A DNA stretch of 64,000 nucleotides from Macrostomum lignano (lineage: Eukaryota): assembly GCA_002269645.1 (NCBI GenBank), contig NIVC01000215.1:124001-188000 (forward strand), in the 5' to 3' direction. Position 1 is the stretch's first letter, and each line of letters opens with the position of its first letter. The notes under the pieces were generated by a model. The model saw only the letters and a program-made list of their open reading frames with translations, was not told the origin of the DNA and did no database searches. Shown here in pieces: positions 31,472 to 46,400 of the stretch. The translations under genes were made by a program, and so were the position numbers.

Positions 31472-34400
31472 TTAAAGATTCAACCAAAAGTACATAATTA
31501 GTAATAGGGAAGCGCCAAAGTCACTCAAATAGTATATATTCTTCTTTCTGTTTACGGCAGTCTAAAATTCAATTTATATTAACATATACCCTGTGGGGAA
31601 TTTCAGTGCGCCCAACAGTTCGCCGACGGCGGCGCCCCACTGGGGGCGACTGTGCGCCAAAGCGTACTGCTGGGTCTACGGCGCCGGCGCCCCCGAGGGG
31701 TCCGGGGCGCAAGGTAGATTTTTTTCTGAAAAAATATGCTATTTACCTACTGTTAGTAGTATGTTAAGAGCATGCTGCAACAGAATCTTTTAAAGGAGGA
31801 TTTTTTTCCAGCTTTGCGACCCTGCAGCTACTGGGCCAGTAGGCCTTGTATACTGCTAGGCATTGCACCAAATGCACTTTGTTTTTGTTGTAACTTCGTC
31901 CTGTTCTTGCTCGTTGTCATTTGAGACAATTTGAGACGCACTAATTTGAAGAAAAAAATCGTATATATCAATTTATGCGTAATATATATATATAGAAATT
32001 TTCATTTCATTTTTACTTTAAGTAGCATATATTATATTGCAACTGTTTTCATAGATCTTGAGCGACAATATATTGACAATATACAAAATAAAATACTATA
32101 TTATTATTTCTACACTTTGGAGTTACAATTATAACAATTTGCAAAAACAGTAAAACATTTACAGGAATTCGTAATCGAGTAACAGAAATATGAAATAACA
32201 GTAGAGTAATCCGAAGGGCAAAATACAGAATAGGTAAATGAAAATGAATAAACATGCAAGACAGCGAACATGGGACAAAGTTAAAATAATAATACACTGA
32301 GTCGAGTAATAATGGAGGAAAATCCAAAGACGGTTTTGATTGATTGGTTCTTCGCCTAAGGCGCCTTAGTCAGACGATGTACATGTATCTGGCTCATCTT
32401 CGGAAGACGAGATTCGCGGATGACGGGCTGCGCCATCTGTCTTTCGCCTTTTGTGGCTTCTGCTTGTTGATGAAGCAGAGGCGGCAGCAGGTGGCAGCCG
32501 TGGCGTTGACGACTGTGTCGCCCTGACTGCAGAGGAAACTGCAGCAGCCTGCAGCCGCCGCCTTGGTGGCGGCAGAGGCGCAGCAGCAGCGGTGGTGGCG
32601 GCAACAGCATTCGGCGGCTGGGGGGCGGGGTGCGCTGGAGCCGTTTTTCGCCGATGGGATCGCTTTGACGCTCGGTCGTTCCCGCGCTTAAGCATGTCAA
32701 TTACCGCATTCTTCACATCATCAAATTTTGGCCGTCCGTGGTCTTCAGACAGGCCGTATATGACAGTGATGGCATCTGTGGAAATTAAAGTTTGGGGGAA
32801 CCTCGAATTGTCTAATTTGTATAGGTCTACAGGACATAAATGTATACTTCTACTTGATAATTCACCGTGAAGAAAGTACGAGTACAATGACCGGATGAGC
32901 GAATTAAAAGACATTCGCGATGACTAATGTCAGCTAATGTGTTTACGTATTATAAGTGGCATAGGCTGCAGCATTTTACTTAGCTTGTAAGTCTTTACGA
33001 GTAAGTCTTCGTTCCTAGGTACTTTGAAATAAAACTCTTTTTTATTCGTTTCTTTTAATCTCTTTTAATATAAATTTCTCCCTCTCTCTTTTTGTACATG
33101 ATGACAGGGATGACGGGTATGAAGACAGGCGGAAATGAAGGAAGAGACAACACCATTCTTACCTTGAAATCTCGGACAAAAGACACTCTGAAATGCCATC
33201 TGGCTTTCCGTTAGGACCGTCTCTACTCCGGCGCCTCGGGCTCTGTCTGGCAAATGTTGGCCATTGTAATTTACAACTGCCTGAATTTGGTCAGAGAGGG
33301 TGCAATCCAGCATCGCCCTGAGTGTCTGCTGCCATGACTCCCGCCGACAGAGTCGCAGTAGAAGCCTCTGGAGTGAATAATTGCGAATAATACTTTGTGA
33401 AGGAGTAAAGAATTATATTGCGAATGAATCGGAATGATTGATCAATCATAATACTTTAGGACTGTGAAAAAAGATAAAACATTAATTCCTTAATTCTATA
33501 CTATTGTAAAGAGCGACTTGGAATTTATTGGTATGGGAAACTAAGCTTATACTTATTGCTTTTCCCTGTACTGAATTGTATAATTCTTCACTTCTATTAA
33601 CAAAATTGACAATGTATACTACTACAAGTACTTCATTCCAAGTTCATCCAAAACGATACTATCAAAGAAGACATAAATTGAAAACTTACCAGCGATGTCA
33701 AATGCTCTGCGGGCATCTCGACTACAAAGTCGACATATTGCTGCCAACTTGAAATGGGCCAGAAGTTGGTCTCCGGCGCAGCCTGTGGGTCCAATGCTGC
33801 AGTGAGCCGCATCACTTCTGCCCGCAAACCCGTCAATTCATTAATTAAACGATTAATTAATGCCTCCTGGTGGACATGTCGCACCTCGGACTCGCGCAAC
33901 ACGGTCAGCAGAACGAACAGCAGGCCCTGACTGCTGTCAATACGATCAGGAATTGCCCGCTGAAATTGGTCTCGCAGTGATCGTATCGCATAGGGCCACT
34001 GACAGCGGTCTCCAGCTGACTCAATGAAAACTTCCGAGGTTGCAGCAGCGGAAGTGATGGCAGCGGAGGAGGTGATAGCAGCGGCGGAGGTGATGGCAGC
34101 GGTCGAGGTGATGACAGCGGCAGACGTGATGGTACCGGCCTTCGGCACAGTGGAATCATCCACTCGATGCAAGCGCCTCGGTCGAGGCGTTGGTGGCTGG
34201 AATGGTAGTGATCCTTTGTGTGATCAAACGAAAATTGGCCTTATTTGATGGCGGTGTGAATGAGCCTTTAATATGGCGCCCCTCAGATGAAAAAATAACA
34301 ACATAACAAATAGACGTACTGGCTCATCCATTGCCATCGTCGCGTCTTCGGGCTCCTCTTCGATGTCCTCTGGCTAAATAAGACGGGGTAAGTGAGTGGT

Positions 34401-37400
34401 GGTGTTGGATTGATTAGGTAAATTTACCCTCTCCGATCATCTCGATTCTCTACCCTCTACATATGATCATTTGTCCACCCTTTATGACCTCTCTCTACCT
34501 CTCTCTCCATGATATGATTGACCAAGAGGAGACTAAGAGGAGTGAAAATTAGTTAAGGAGTGACACCAGCTGAGTAAGTTAGAAAAGACTAATAAACTTA
34601 CTGACTGATTCACCGACTGCGTCGCGTTCTCAGAGTGATTCCCAGGGACAGGGTGGTCAATGAGTCGCAGAGGTGGTGGCGCCGAATCCGCATCGTCCTC
34701 CCCCACTTCGTGGTCCTCTGGCTGAATCAGACGGCAGACAGGGGTGATTAAGATTTGGATTAAATGCAGCTTGTTTCGAAAATGTGACGGAAGGACTGAC
34801 TGACTGCAGGAGTGACATTTTAGTGACAGAAGGAGTGACACAGGGTGAAGGAGTGTGTGTGGTTAAAAAATGAAAAACTTACTGGCTCATTCACCGTCTC
34901 AACCTCGTTGGGTGGCGACATTGGAAGCAATTGGGCGGCTGTGTGTGCCACGTCAGCTAATTTAAATGTAGCATTCCCTTCGGCTTCGCTCACAGCCTGA
35001 GCCTCAAAAAAGGCTTCGGTGTCTGATGCGGAGCCTGTTTCAATATCCTGTGGAACGAAATGACGAATACTTGTTGCGAATAATGTGTGTTTGTCTTTTG
35101 TAGCGGATTTAAACATTTGCTCGCCCAATACACAGTTATATACTATAGATTGTAGAGTCATATAGACTATAGGACATAAGTTAATGAGAACTGTACTCCG
35201 TACTGCCGAACACTATACTGAGAATAGAATCCCGAATGTTGGCCCGTTGAACGTTTACCTGCGTTTGATAAGTGCGTCTTGCTACTCTGGCGTCGGCTTC
35301 AGTGAAAACTCTTGGTTGCAGCTTTTCGAGGATCAGGCCGAGTCGTTGCTTTTTCGCCACGAGTTTCCGGATATAGCGGATGCTAATCGACTCGTCTGAC
35401 AGAATAACCTTTCGGGGAAGTCGTGAAGGTGACGTAGTTATATAAATCAAATGTAAGTGTGAACTGTCAGTGCAGATTTTATTTAGTCCATTCTAATCCA
35501 TTCTATTTTGTTTATCTTTCTTTATAGAAATGGCACGTCACATATCGGTGGACAGTCCCATTATAAAGACAAGGGTCATTAAAGGTCAAGCCAAAGAATC
35601 ACATTTATAACATAACTTACTTGCAAAATCACTGCCGTGTAGGAGCGCCCTTCGTAAGTCACGCTGCAGCTCCACATATCCGTGGACTGCCTGTGATTGA
35701 GCCATTCGACCTCCGTTAGCGAAGCTAAATGTGCAGGCAGCTGTATGCTTTCACTATCGACCTCAATTACTTGTCTATCTTCTCTAAAGATAATCACAAA
35801 CTTCATGGTTCGGAATAATCAGATATCGGTTTAGCAGAGTGGCATGGGTTCAGCGCCACATGAAGGGCACAATTGAATTGTATATAAAATTCTTCATCGC
35901 CCACCCCCTTTCCATTGACTCCTCTGAGCCAATAGGATTCTTCGGAGAGAATTCTTTAGCAGAACCCCACACTCACCCGGGTCCTCCTATTAGAGGTGCC
36001 CGAATGAAACTCGACCTTCGATAAAAATTAATTCTGTAAATTCAGTAAATTCAATAATTAATAATTAAAGTAAATTCATTCCATAAACAATGAAAATCAG
36101 CAAAGCTAAAAGCACAAGAAAAACAGCAGACAGAAACCTTAGACATCTACTTCAAAACCCCAGACATCAGGGTAGCCTACTTTCGAGCCAAGAGCCAATT
36201 GGAGTTTCCGACACAAGAAGCGGACTCGGAAGCGAAGGAGGTGCTGCATCAATTGAGGGGCCACACTGCTGTGAGTAGTTTACGTCCGTTCACACTGACT
36301 GTGATGGTTATCACTCGCCCCTATTTCCGTTTTAGCTTCTTGGGGCTACACACTCGCTTTCACAATTCTGATCTCTCTACCCTCTATGACCTCTTTCTAC
36401 CCTCTCTTATCCCTTTCTACCCTCTATGTATGATCATATCGCTACCATCTATATGATTTCTCTATCTACCACTCTGCCACTCTATTCACTCTCACTTACG
36501 TCAATATTTCATAAATATACTTTTCGACAGGTGGACTTTCTGATGACCACGTTGAAACATATGGAGAACTTGAGTCCGTCTGCAGTGAGTCCAGTGAAGA
36601 AGCGGAGGAGGACAGCGCGACGAATGCCGGTGTGGTGGCGGACAATCGCCCACTCGAAGAGCAATTGGAGGATGTATTCGTTTTATTGAGGACCGTACAC
36701 GGGGCTTCTCGAAGAGCGGTCGAATTTCTTATTCGTGAACTGCACCGCCTACGATTGATTGCGCCTATGTCGGTCAGCCGCATTGAAACCATCATTAAAA
36801 GGACGGAACCCCTGACTGAGCTGCTGCCCATGGGCGCAGGGAAGTTCCGCTACGTGTCAGTTCTGAACAATCTACAGGAACTGCATAAAAGAGATTTGCT
36901 GCAGCTGAAACCAGAACGTCTTCGACTCGAAGGAGACAATAGGGTTTACGAGTTCACTGGTGTCGTAAATTGCGACGGCCTTCCGCTATACAACTCCAGC
37001 TCCTTTGGAATGTGGCCAATTCTCATGACGATTCCACAGGCTTTTCCCAAACCGTTCCCGGTGGCGATTTGGGTTGGTGTAGGCAAACCTCCTCTGGAGG
37101 ATTTTCTGCAAGAGTTCTGTGCCGAAGTGGAGCAATTTCTCTCCGGGCCCGTCAAAATTGCTGACGCAGTCAGTGTCACTCTGTCCGAGCTGCTTTTTGT
37201 TTGTGACACACCAGCACGGTCATTCATAATGCGGACATTAGGACACACCTCCTACCACGGTTGCACTTACTGCAGAGCCACGGGTCCGCGCGTGGACAAC
37301 AGGGTGACCTACTCAACTACAGTAGGGGAGCGAAGGTGTGGAATACTGTTCCGAACGAAGGCCGAGAACTGTATGGATTACGAGCGAACACACAAGGTGT

Positions 37401-40400
37401 CGCCCCTTCTTTATCTGCCACGCGTGGACTTCGTTACATCGTTCCCCATTGACTACCAGCACGCCGTCTGTCTTGGGGTGGTCCGGAAGCTGATGCACTT
37501 CTATTTTCCGGTATCTGCACGACACCGAGTCAACCATCCGCAGAGACAACTTTCCGACTTTATTGCCGACATTTCCTGCTATACACCTTCGAATTTCCAG
37601 AGGAGGCCGCGGCGGATCGACAAAAACCTGAGCCACTTTAAGGCTACTGAATTCAGGCAGTTTGTGCTTTACATCGGACCCATCCTATTCAAGAACTTTT
37701 TACCTACTAGACTGTATAAGAACTTCCTTCTGCTGCACTTCGCCATCTACACCTACTCGACGCCGAGACTGTCTCACCGATGGGAACACGCCAAGAGCTG
37801 CATCGAGGTTTTCGTTCAGCAGCTGGCCGAGTATTTTGGCCAAAAGTCAATATCATTCAATGTGCACGTCCTATTGCACTTGCATGACTTTGTCACGCGT
37901 CTAGGTAGCCTGAACAGCTTCTCAACGTTTCCGTTTGAGAATTACCTCGGCATTGTGAAGCGTAAGGTGAAAGTGACTCGCCATGTCGCTTCTCACGCAG
38001 TCAAGCAGGTTCTGCAGGTGCGACACGTGCAAATGATGCGTGGAACGACTATCCTCTCTCCTCCACCGTTAAAATTTACTCCCACGAGAGGCGACAACTG
38101 CTGCATTGTGGGACGGCGGTGCATGCTGATTGAAGCAACGTCTGACAGTGGCACAGTGACTGGAAAGGTACTACGTCCAGTAGAAGATCTGTACTCCTAT
38201 CCCTACAGCTCTTTGACATTGGAGATTGGATTGTACCGCCTCACACCGGAAGATATCTCCGGCAAGCCCGAAAGGAAGTGCTGGTGCATTCCGAAGCAGC
38301 CAGACGCTGCGCGTGCCTGCCAGGTGTTCTATGTTGTGCCACTGACGGGTGAGGACATGGAAAACTAAGTGGATGCATGAATAAACAATTTTTTAACTTT
38401 GTTCCTGAATGAAACTTTTACTGCTGAATGGATGTATTGTGATTTTATCTATTTTGCTCAAGAAAGTCTGCTCTTTGAAATGAATTTAGTTTGAAACACT
38501 GTCGGACCTTGCTCCAAATCCGTTAAGAATTAATATACTTTTGTGTATCATAACTTTTTTAAGTCACATATTTTCGTTTTTATCACCAAGTTTCTACCTA
38601 AGAAACTGCCAAGAATTCTAACCAAAGAACTAACCCGCTTGGAATGCTAGCCCCAAGCATTCCATGATCAATTCGCATCACACCCACGACCCAACCCTCC
38701 CCGCTCCGCTACGAGTAAAATGTAGTTTTGTTTGTGATGAACCATGGCTGATGAACCAGCCATGGAAATCTAGACCTAGAAGTCTATGCATGTCTAGATT
38801 CTAGATCTAGATCTAGATTTATATGTCTAGATAGACATAGCAGCTGCATGCTAAACTTAGAATCCAATGAACCAGCCCACACCCTCTGGTGCTCTCTATC
38901 TCTATACTGTGGGTGTTCTTCAATGTGTTGTACAATTTTGAAGCAAGATCGGTGTCTATAATTTTTTATTCCTTCCTTTAGTGTCGAACAAATGAACAAA
39001 AGCTTGGCTTTGATAAATAGAGAAAAACAGTGGTCCTTTCCTCAAAAGTGGGCGATTCTTTTCTATACAATTCTTGCTATGCAATCTTCTATTATTTTCA
39101 AGGGGATCATTTTTGAAAGCCTCTTTCAGACATTTGCAGGCTTTGTCTAGGAGCCATATGGTCTGTGACAAACAAAGCAAGGAATCCACTAGGAAATAAG
39201 ACCCGCATAAAAATTTAAGGGAGTTGTCTCCTTACCATTTCACCCCGAGGAATCTGTCCTGTATGTCACAGTTGTTTATAAGTTTGCTTGCGGTAAAATC
39301 TTGGAATAAAAAGAACCGTAAAAATCCATGCATTTCTCCATAACTTCTCTTTCCTGTTTGCCCATTCATTTTAGTATGATACCCTCGTCATTGTCATGTC
39401 CCCTTCAATACTCGTATTTTTTTCATACCCGTATTCGAATCCCTTTGAATCTTTGCGAAGCGGGGCCCGCTTCAAAATAAATGGCCGATGTGGCCTGGCA
39501 TGAACCCCAGACCAATGATATATTTTTCTGCACTATTTTTTAGTGTTTTTGTTTTGTCATGTTTTGTCATGTTAATGTTTTCAGCCCGTAACTTTGTAAT
39601 AAAGCTTATTCATTTTGGCTCTCCCGGAATTTATATGGGTGCCATTGGCACTCATTTTGGCTAAATGAATTACAAACTACTATAAACAATAAAGTGTCAA
39701 TGCAGAAAAGTTTTTTATTTCTTCATAGATTCCAGCGATTCATGTCTCATTCTCTAGAAGACATCTTTATCTGTACAATGAGACTTTAACTTTTGAAATC
39801 CGTCAAGTAAAAAAACTTTTTGCATTGACACTTTTCGATGTCGCTTTGTAGAAACTGTTTTTTTTCAATACGTCAAACTAATTTGCTCCTAACTTAAACA
39901 CTGCGGCTTTGAATCCTGTCACCTTCAAGTGAGATGTGAGTAATTTATTCAGCTTTCCAAAGAGACCAGATTTAAGAAAATCGGATTTGCCAATTTTAAC
40001 TTATTGAGCCTTATGTGAAGGCTCTACATTCTCGCTGCCCATCTGCTGTGTGTAAATGTGGAAATTCAACCGGCCTGACTTGGTCCGAAAAAGAGGAAAA
40101 AAAAGAGGGAGTGTCACTTCCAGTTCCAGGTCTCTAGTATTCCTTGGCCAGTCAGAGCTCCATGGGCCAGCCATCTGGCAGTCAAAAATATTCATGGTTT
40201 ATCCCTCCTAAGAAATATACTGGCATGTTGGCTGTCTTTTTCGTACTGTGTTCCTTTGTTCGCGCTTCCTCGATCAGTTCATACCCCTCTCTCTCACCAA
40301 CCGCAGTGAGGCCATAGCGAACAGAGTATACGTTCATATGAGTAAGCGAGTGATTGAAAATGGACTAGGAAAAATGGGAGCAAAAAACTTGCGCCTTCTC

Positions 40401-43400
40401 TGAGTAGGTTCAGTCAAGGACTTCTAAACATAGCACCTGGACTGGAAGCATGCAAGGAGGCACCCTGCTCCTTGCTATGCTATGTTTAGAAGTCCTTGTT
40501 CAGTGTTCCAAAAATGGACTTGGAGCCGGAGGCCCTTCCACTCTCCCGCAGAATAAAACTAGGCATGCTCTGTGTTCTGAGCTGGCTTGTTCACACACAC
40601 TTGAACGCACACACATATGTACACCCCTTCATCGTCTTTCTTTTATTCCTATCTCTTAAAATATCCACGGAAATGTACTGATTATAACAGAAATCTCAAT
40701 ATGCTGCGCGAGCAGTTTCATATCTCCCAGACAAAATAGTCCACTCACACCCCGTGTACAATGAGTAATTTTAGAGAGGTTTGAAAGTAAGGAAAATGGT
40801 AACCTCTGCACGGTTTGACCATGCACAAACCAAGGAATAATACTAGACTCAGACTGCGCGTGTATGGTGAAAAATAGGCGCTTTTTTCCCCAATAGGAAA
40901 TGGCACCCCTGTAGAGCACACCAAGGTGAAGACAGACAGGTGGAGCATTAGTTGAGTTGGCGTTTCAATTTCTCGAAACTTCAGTTCCCGAAAGACAGTG
41001 CAAGTGCTGGTGCAAGCTTTCGTCAAAGTGAAGTTTCGAGACAGTGAAATCACAATAAAGTGAAAGAAAGTGCTGCCCTGTGCTGCACTTTCGGAGAAGT
41101 GAGTTTCGAAGTGAAAGTAATGACAACTTTTACGGCTCTCGATTTTCGACACGAGCATCAAATAAATTAAAAACTCAAGACAGTCCTTTCAGAACCAGAA
41201 CAAGATTCGAATTTCCTAACAAGCTGCTCAAACTTAATGTTTGGATTGATTAGCTGTTCTGGAATTTAGCTGTGCCACACTGCGCATGTCTGACTTGTCC
41301 CTGAACTCTTCACTGCAAAAAATATGTAGCCAAAAATGTGGCCGATTGGGGGCCGAAATAGGGACACTTCCGGCACCTGGAAGTGGCCGAAAGTAAAGTG
41401 ACTGAAAATATTCAATATTCGATACCGAGCCAGCAGGTACGTTTTGTTCGACTTTCGAGTGTGGTGGACGACTTTAGTCCACTTGGAGTGGCCAATTATG
41501 AAAAATGTGCTTTTCCGAAAATTACATTTTGTCATCAGGTCCGATGTCCAATCGATTATTAGCTTCGTTACGTTCGGCCACTAGTGGCCAGAAGGTGCCC
41601 GAAATCGGGACACTTTCGGCCTATGCGGTGAGCAGGCATTTAGTGAAATGCATGAATAAGGTTGCTCTTCATGTAAATAAGAATGAAAAACCTGCAAAAT
41701 ATCTTTCACACACAGAAGACCCGGGAGTGGCAGCATGTTAGGTCGATCAGCAATAATTGTACTAAGTTTCTTGTGAGCTAATGGAACTTAATTTATGCAA
41801 GCATTTGCCTTTTCGCACCTCATGCACTTCACATAGGCAAATTTAAATAGCAAACGACGCAGATTTCATGTTTAATTGTAAACATTTTTACCTACTGGCA
41901 TGCAGGAAATACAAAAATACAACAATAAGGCCCATTTTAAGAAGGGAGCGGAAAGCCCGGACCAAAATTATCGATCGTGTGGGGGTGGGCTCTGGGGTGC
42001 CATTTTTCTCTTTTTCACCCTACATGTGCAGTCTGGTATTATTTCTTGGTCTGTGGCTGCCTCCTGCCTCTGACAGAGAAGCCTTTGTTCGCAACCCCAA
42101 ACCCCCAAACCCCCTCATGCTTTAGACTGGTTTTTGGAACTTGGAAATGGGGAGCAAAGTTTTGCTTGCACTGTGCTTAAAGATGACCAAAGCAAACAAA
42201 GAGATATATCCCTTGCATACAAGTGTACATTGTATATGGACCCTCTCCTCTCTTTTCGAAATTTCATGCCCTATCTGTCACAGAAGGAATTATCATTCCA
42301 TCTCATTTCGTTTCAGAGATATTAAGGCTGCCAGAGCCCCCCTCCCTCCCCTTTGCCTCCCCAACCATGCTTTAAATGGTTTTTGGAATTTTGATTTGGG
42401 AAAACACTACTAATACTAAGCCTCCGACTGAAAACGGTCTGACTCCGAGTGTGTAAAGTGACCGAAGCAAATAAGAATCCATCATATACAGTTGTGCTTA
42501 CGGGGAGATGCAAATTCCCTGCGGGGGTCCCCTTGTGGGGGTGCAGGGGCAGGGGACGTGGAGGCGCAGGGGACGTGGGGTTGCTGCTCCCCTCCCTCCA
42601 GCTCAGGGAGCCAATCTCTATCCACTACGAACCCCCTCTCCTGCCATGAAGTGCCCCACACCCCAGGACAACTAACATTTTGTACCATTAAAAATCAAAT
42701 CAAACATCAACCGCGGTCCACGACTCCACGAGACTGGATCTGATGACAGCAAAGATGATTAGATATAGAATATCCTTATTACACAACGATCAAGTAAACG
42801 AATATGACTAGAGCAGAGTACAGTGTCACATGCATTCCTCTCTCTTCTGCAAGTATAGCCCAATTTGCAATGCTTCTGTTGTGTCGCTGCTTAGTGTCTA
42901 TGCATGCGTTCGTCAGTGTACACTGGTGTCTGATTATCCATCTGTCGATAATATAAACATGAGTGCAAAGTGCCGGTTTGGCCGTGAGAGTTTCACTTAA
43001 ACGCTAATTCAGCAGACTGGCTGTTTCTCATTACCAACACTTCCAAATAGGGAAAGTCTAAACCATTCCACTTCGTCTTGTGAAGCCTGAGATAATCCCA
43101 GAGTTCCGAATTTTCAGTCATTGGGCATCCAGAGCTGTATTAATCAGAGAATGAGCAATCGCTCGATCACAAGCGGAGAAAATTTTTTCATTGCCTTTGC
43201 TTCTGTCATTAGAAGTTTCGTCGGGATTTCATGAAACCCCAGACGGCTGAAAAACTAAAAGTCACTCGGCAATGGTTTTTTGTCTGATTGATAGCCCACT
43301 GGATGCCCAAGGTCTGTGTGAAAAGTCAGAACTGTGGGATCAGTTCAAACTTCACAAATCGCAAGCGGGCATTCTTAGACCTGCTAATCCGCCTCTGGAT

Positions 43401-46400
43401 ATCTGAAAAACTAAAAGTCCCTCGGCCATGTTTCTTTCTCCGATTGACTGCGCACTGGATGCCCAAGGTCTGTGTGAAAAGTCAGAACGGAGGCTTCATC
43501 TCGGGCTTCACAAATCAAAGTGGGTCATTTTAGACTTTCCCCATTTGAAAGCATTGGAAATTGGCTGCTAATCCACCTCTGGATATCTGAAAAACTAAAA
43601 GTCACTCGGCAATGGTTTTTTATCTGATTGATAGCCCACTGGATGCCCAAGGTCTGTGTGAAAAGTCAGAACTGTGGGATCAGTTCAAACTTCACAAATC
43701 GCAAGCGGGCATTCTTAGACCTGCTAATCCGCCTCTGGATATCTGAAAAACTAAAAGTCCCTCGACCATGTTTCTTTCTCCGATTGACTGCGCACTGGAT
43801 GCCCAAGGTCTGTGTGAAAAGTCAGAACGGAGGCTTCATCTCGGGCTTCACAAATCAAAGTGGGTCATTTTAGACTTTCCCCATTTGAAAGCATTGGAAA
43901 TTGGCTGCTAATCCACCTCTGGATATCTGAAAAACTAAAAGTCACTCGGCAATGGTTTTTTATCTGATTGATAGCCCACTGGATGCCCAAGGTCTGTGTG
44001 AAAAGTCAGAACTGTGGGATCAGTTCAAACTTCACAAATCGCAAGCGGGCATTCTCAGACCTGCTAATCCGCCTCTGGATATCTGAAAAACTAAAAGTCC
44101 CTCGACCATGTTTCTTTCTCCGATTGACTGCGCACTGGATGCCCAAGGTCTGTGTGAAAAGTCAGAACGGAGGCTTCATCTCGGGCTTCACAATAAATCA
44201 AAGTGGGTCATTTTAGACTTTCCCTATTTGAAAGCATTGGAAATTGGCTGCTAATCCACCTCTGGATATCTGAAAAACTAAAAGTCACTCGGCAATGGTT
44301 TTTTATCTGATTGATAGCCCACTGGATGCCCAAGGTCTGTGTGAAAAGTCAGAACTGTGGGATCAGTTCAAACTTCACAAATCGCAAGCGGGCATTCTCA
44401 GACCTGCTAATCCGCCTCTGGATATCTGAAAAACTAAAAGTCCCTCGACCATGTTTCTTTCTCCGATTGACTGCGCACTGGATGCCCAAGGTCTGTGTGA
44501 AAAGTCAGAACGGAGGCTTCATCTCGGGCTTCACAAATCAAAGTGGGTCATTTTAGACTTTCCCTATTTGAAAGCATTGGAAATTGGCTGCTAATCCACC
44601 TCTGGATATCTGAAAAACTAAAAGTCACTCGGCAATGGTTTTTTATCTGATTGATAGCCCACTGGATGCCCAAGGTCTGTGTGAAAAGTCAGAACTGTGG
44701 GATCAGTTCAAACTTCACAAATCGCAAGCGGGCATTCTCAGACCTGCTAATCCGCCTCTGGATATCTGAAAAACTAAAAGTCCCTCGGCCATGTTTCTTT
44801 CTCCGATTGACTGCGCACTGGATGCCCAAGGTCTGTGTGAAAAGTCAGAACTGTGGGATCAGTTCAAACTTCACAAATCGCAAGCGGGAATTCTCAGACC
44901 TGCTAATCCGCCTCTGGATATCTGAAAAACTAAAAATCCCTCGACCATGTTTCTTTCTCCGATTGACTGCGCACTGGATGCCCAACGTCTGTGTGAAAAG
45001 TCAGAACTGTGGGATCAGTTCAAACTTCACAAATCGCAAGCGGGCATTCTTAGACCTGCTAATCCGCCTCTGGATATCTGAAAAACTAAAAGTCCCTCGG
45101 CCATGTTTCTTTCTCCGATTGACTGCGCACTGGATGCCCAAGGTCTGTGTGAAAAGTCAGAACGGAGGCTTCATCTCGGGCTTCACAAATCAAAGTGGGT
45201 CATTTTAGACTTTCCCCATTTGAAAGCATTGGAAATTGGCTGCTAATCCACCTCTGGATATCTGAAAAACTAAAAGTCACTCGGCAATGGTTTTTTATCT
45301 GATTGATAGCCCACTGGATGCCCAAGGTCTGTGTGAAAAGTCAGAACTGTGGGATCAGTTCAAACTTCACAAATCGCAAGCGGGCATTCTCAGACCTGCT
45401 AATCCGCCTCTGGATATCTGAAAAACTAAAAGTCCCTCGACCATGTTTCTTTCTCCGATTGACTGCGCACTGGATGCCCAAGGTCTGTGTGAAAAGTCAG
45501 AACGGAGGCTTCATCTCGGGCTTCACAAATCAAAGTGGGTCATTTTAGACTTTCCCTATTTGAAAGCATTGGAAATTGGCTGCTAATCCACCTCTGGATA
45601 TCTGAAAAACTAAAAGTCACTCGGCAATGGTTTTTTATCTGATTGATAGCCCACTGGATGCCCAAGGTCTGTGTGAAAAGTCAGAACTGTGGGATCAGTT
45701 CAAACTTCACAAATCGCAAGCGGGCATTCTCAGACCTGCTAATCCGCCTCTGGATATCTGAAAAACTAAAAGTCCCTCGGCCATGTTTCTTTCTCCGATT
45801 GACTGCGCACTGGATGCCCAAGGTCTGTGTGAAAAGTCAGAACTGTGGGATCAGTTCAAACTTCACAAATCGCAAGCGGGCATTCTCAGACCTGCTAATC
45901 CGCCTCTGGATATCTGAAAAACTAAAAGTCCCTCGACCATGTTTCTTTCTCCGATTGACTGCGCACTGGATGCCCAACGTCTGTGTGAAAAGTCAGAACT
46001 GTGGGATCAGTTCAAACTTCACAAATCGCAAGCGGGCATTCTTAGACCTGCTAATCCGCCTCTGGATATCTGAAAAACTAAAAGTCCCTCGGCCATGTTT
46101 CTTTCTCCGATTGACTGCGCACTGGATGCCCAAGGTCTGTGTGAAAAGTCAGAACGGAGGCTTCATCTCGGGCTTCACAAATCAAAGTGGGTCATTTTAG
46201 ACTTTCCCCATTTGAAAGCATTGGAAATTGGCTGCTAATCCACCTCTGGATATCTGAAAAACTAAAAGTCACTCGGCAATGGTTTTTTATCTGATTGATA
46301 GCCCACTGGATGCCCAAGGTCTGTGTGAAAAGTCAGAACTGTGGGATCAGTTCAAACTTCACAAATCGCAAGCGGGCATTCTCAGACCTGCTAATCCGCC

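Noticed and set aside
38590-40250. Possible gene fragments (ORFs 38784-39189, 40001-40195) and a 9-bp hairpin at ~38640
   Set aside because: No recognisable motif or consistent splice model; the hairpin lacks convincing Helitron end context.
43288-46200. Repeated 81/185-aa ORFs
   Set aside because: Translations of satellite monomers starting at non-ATG codons.
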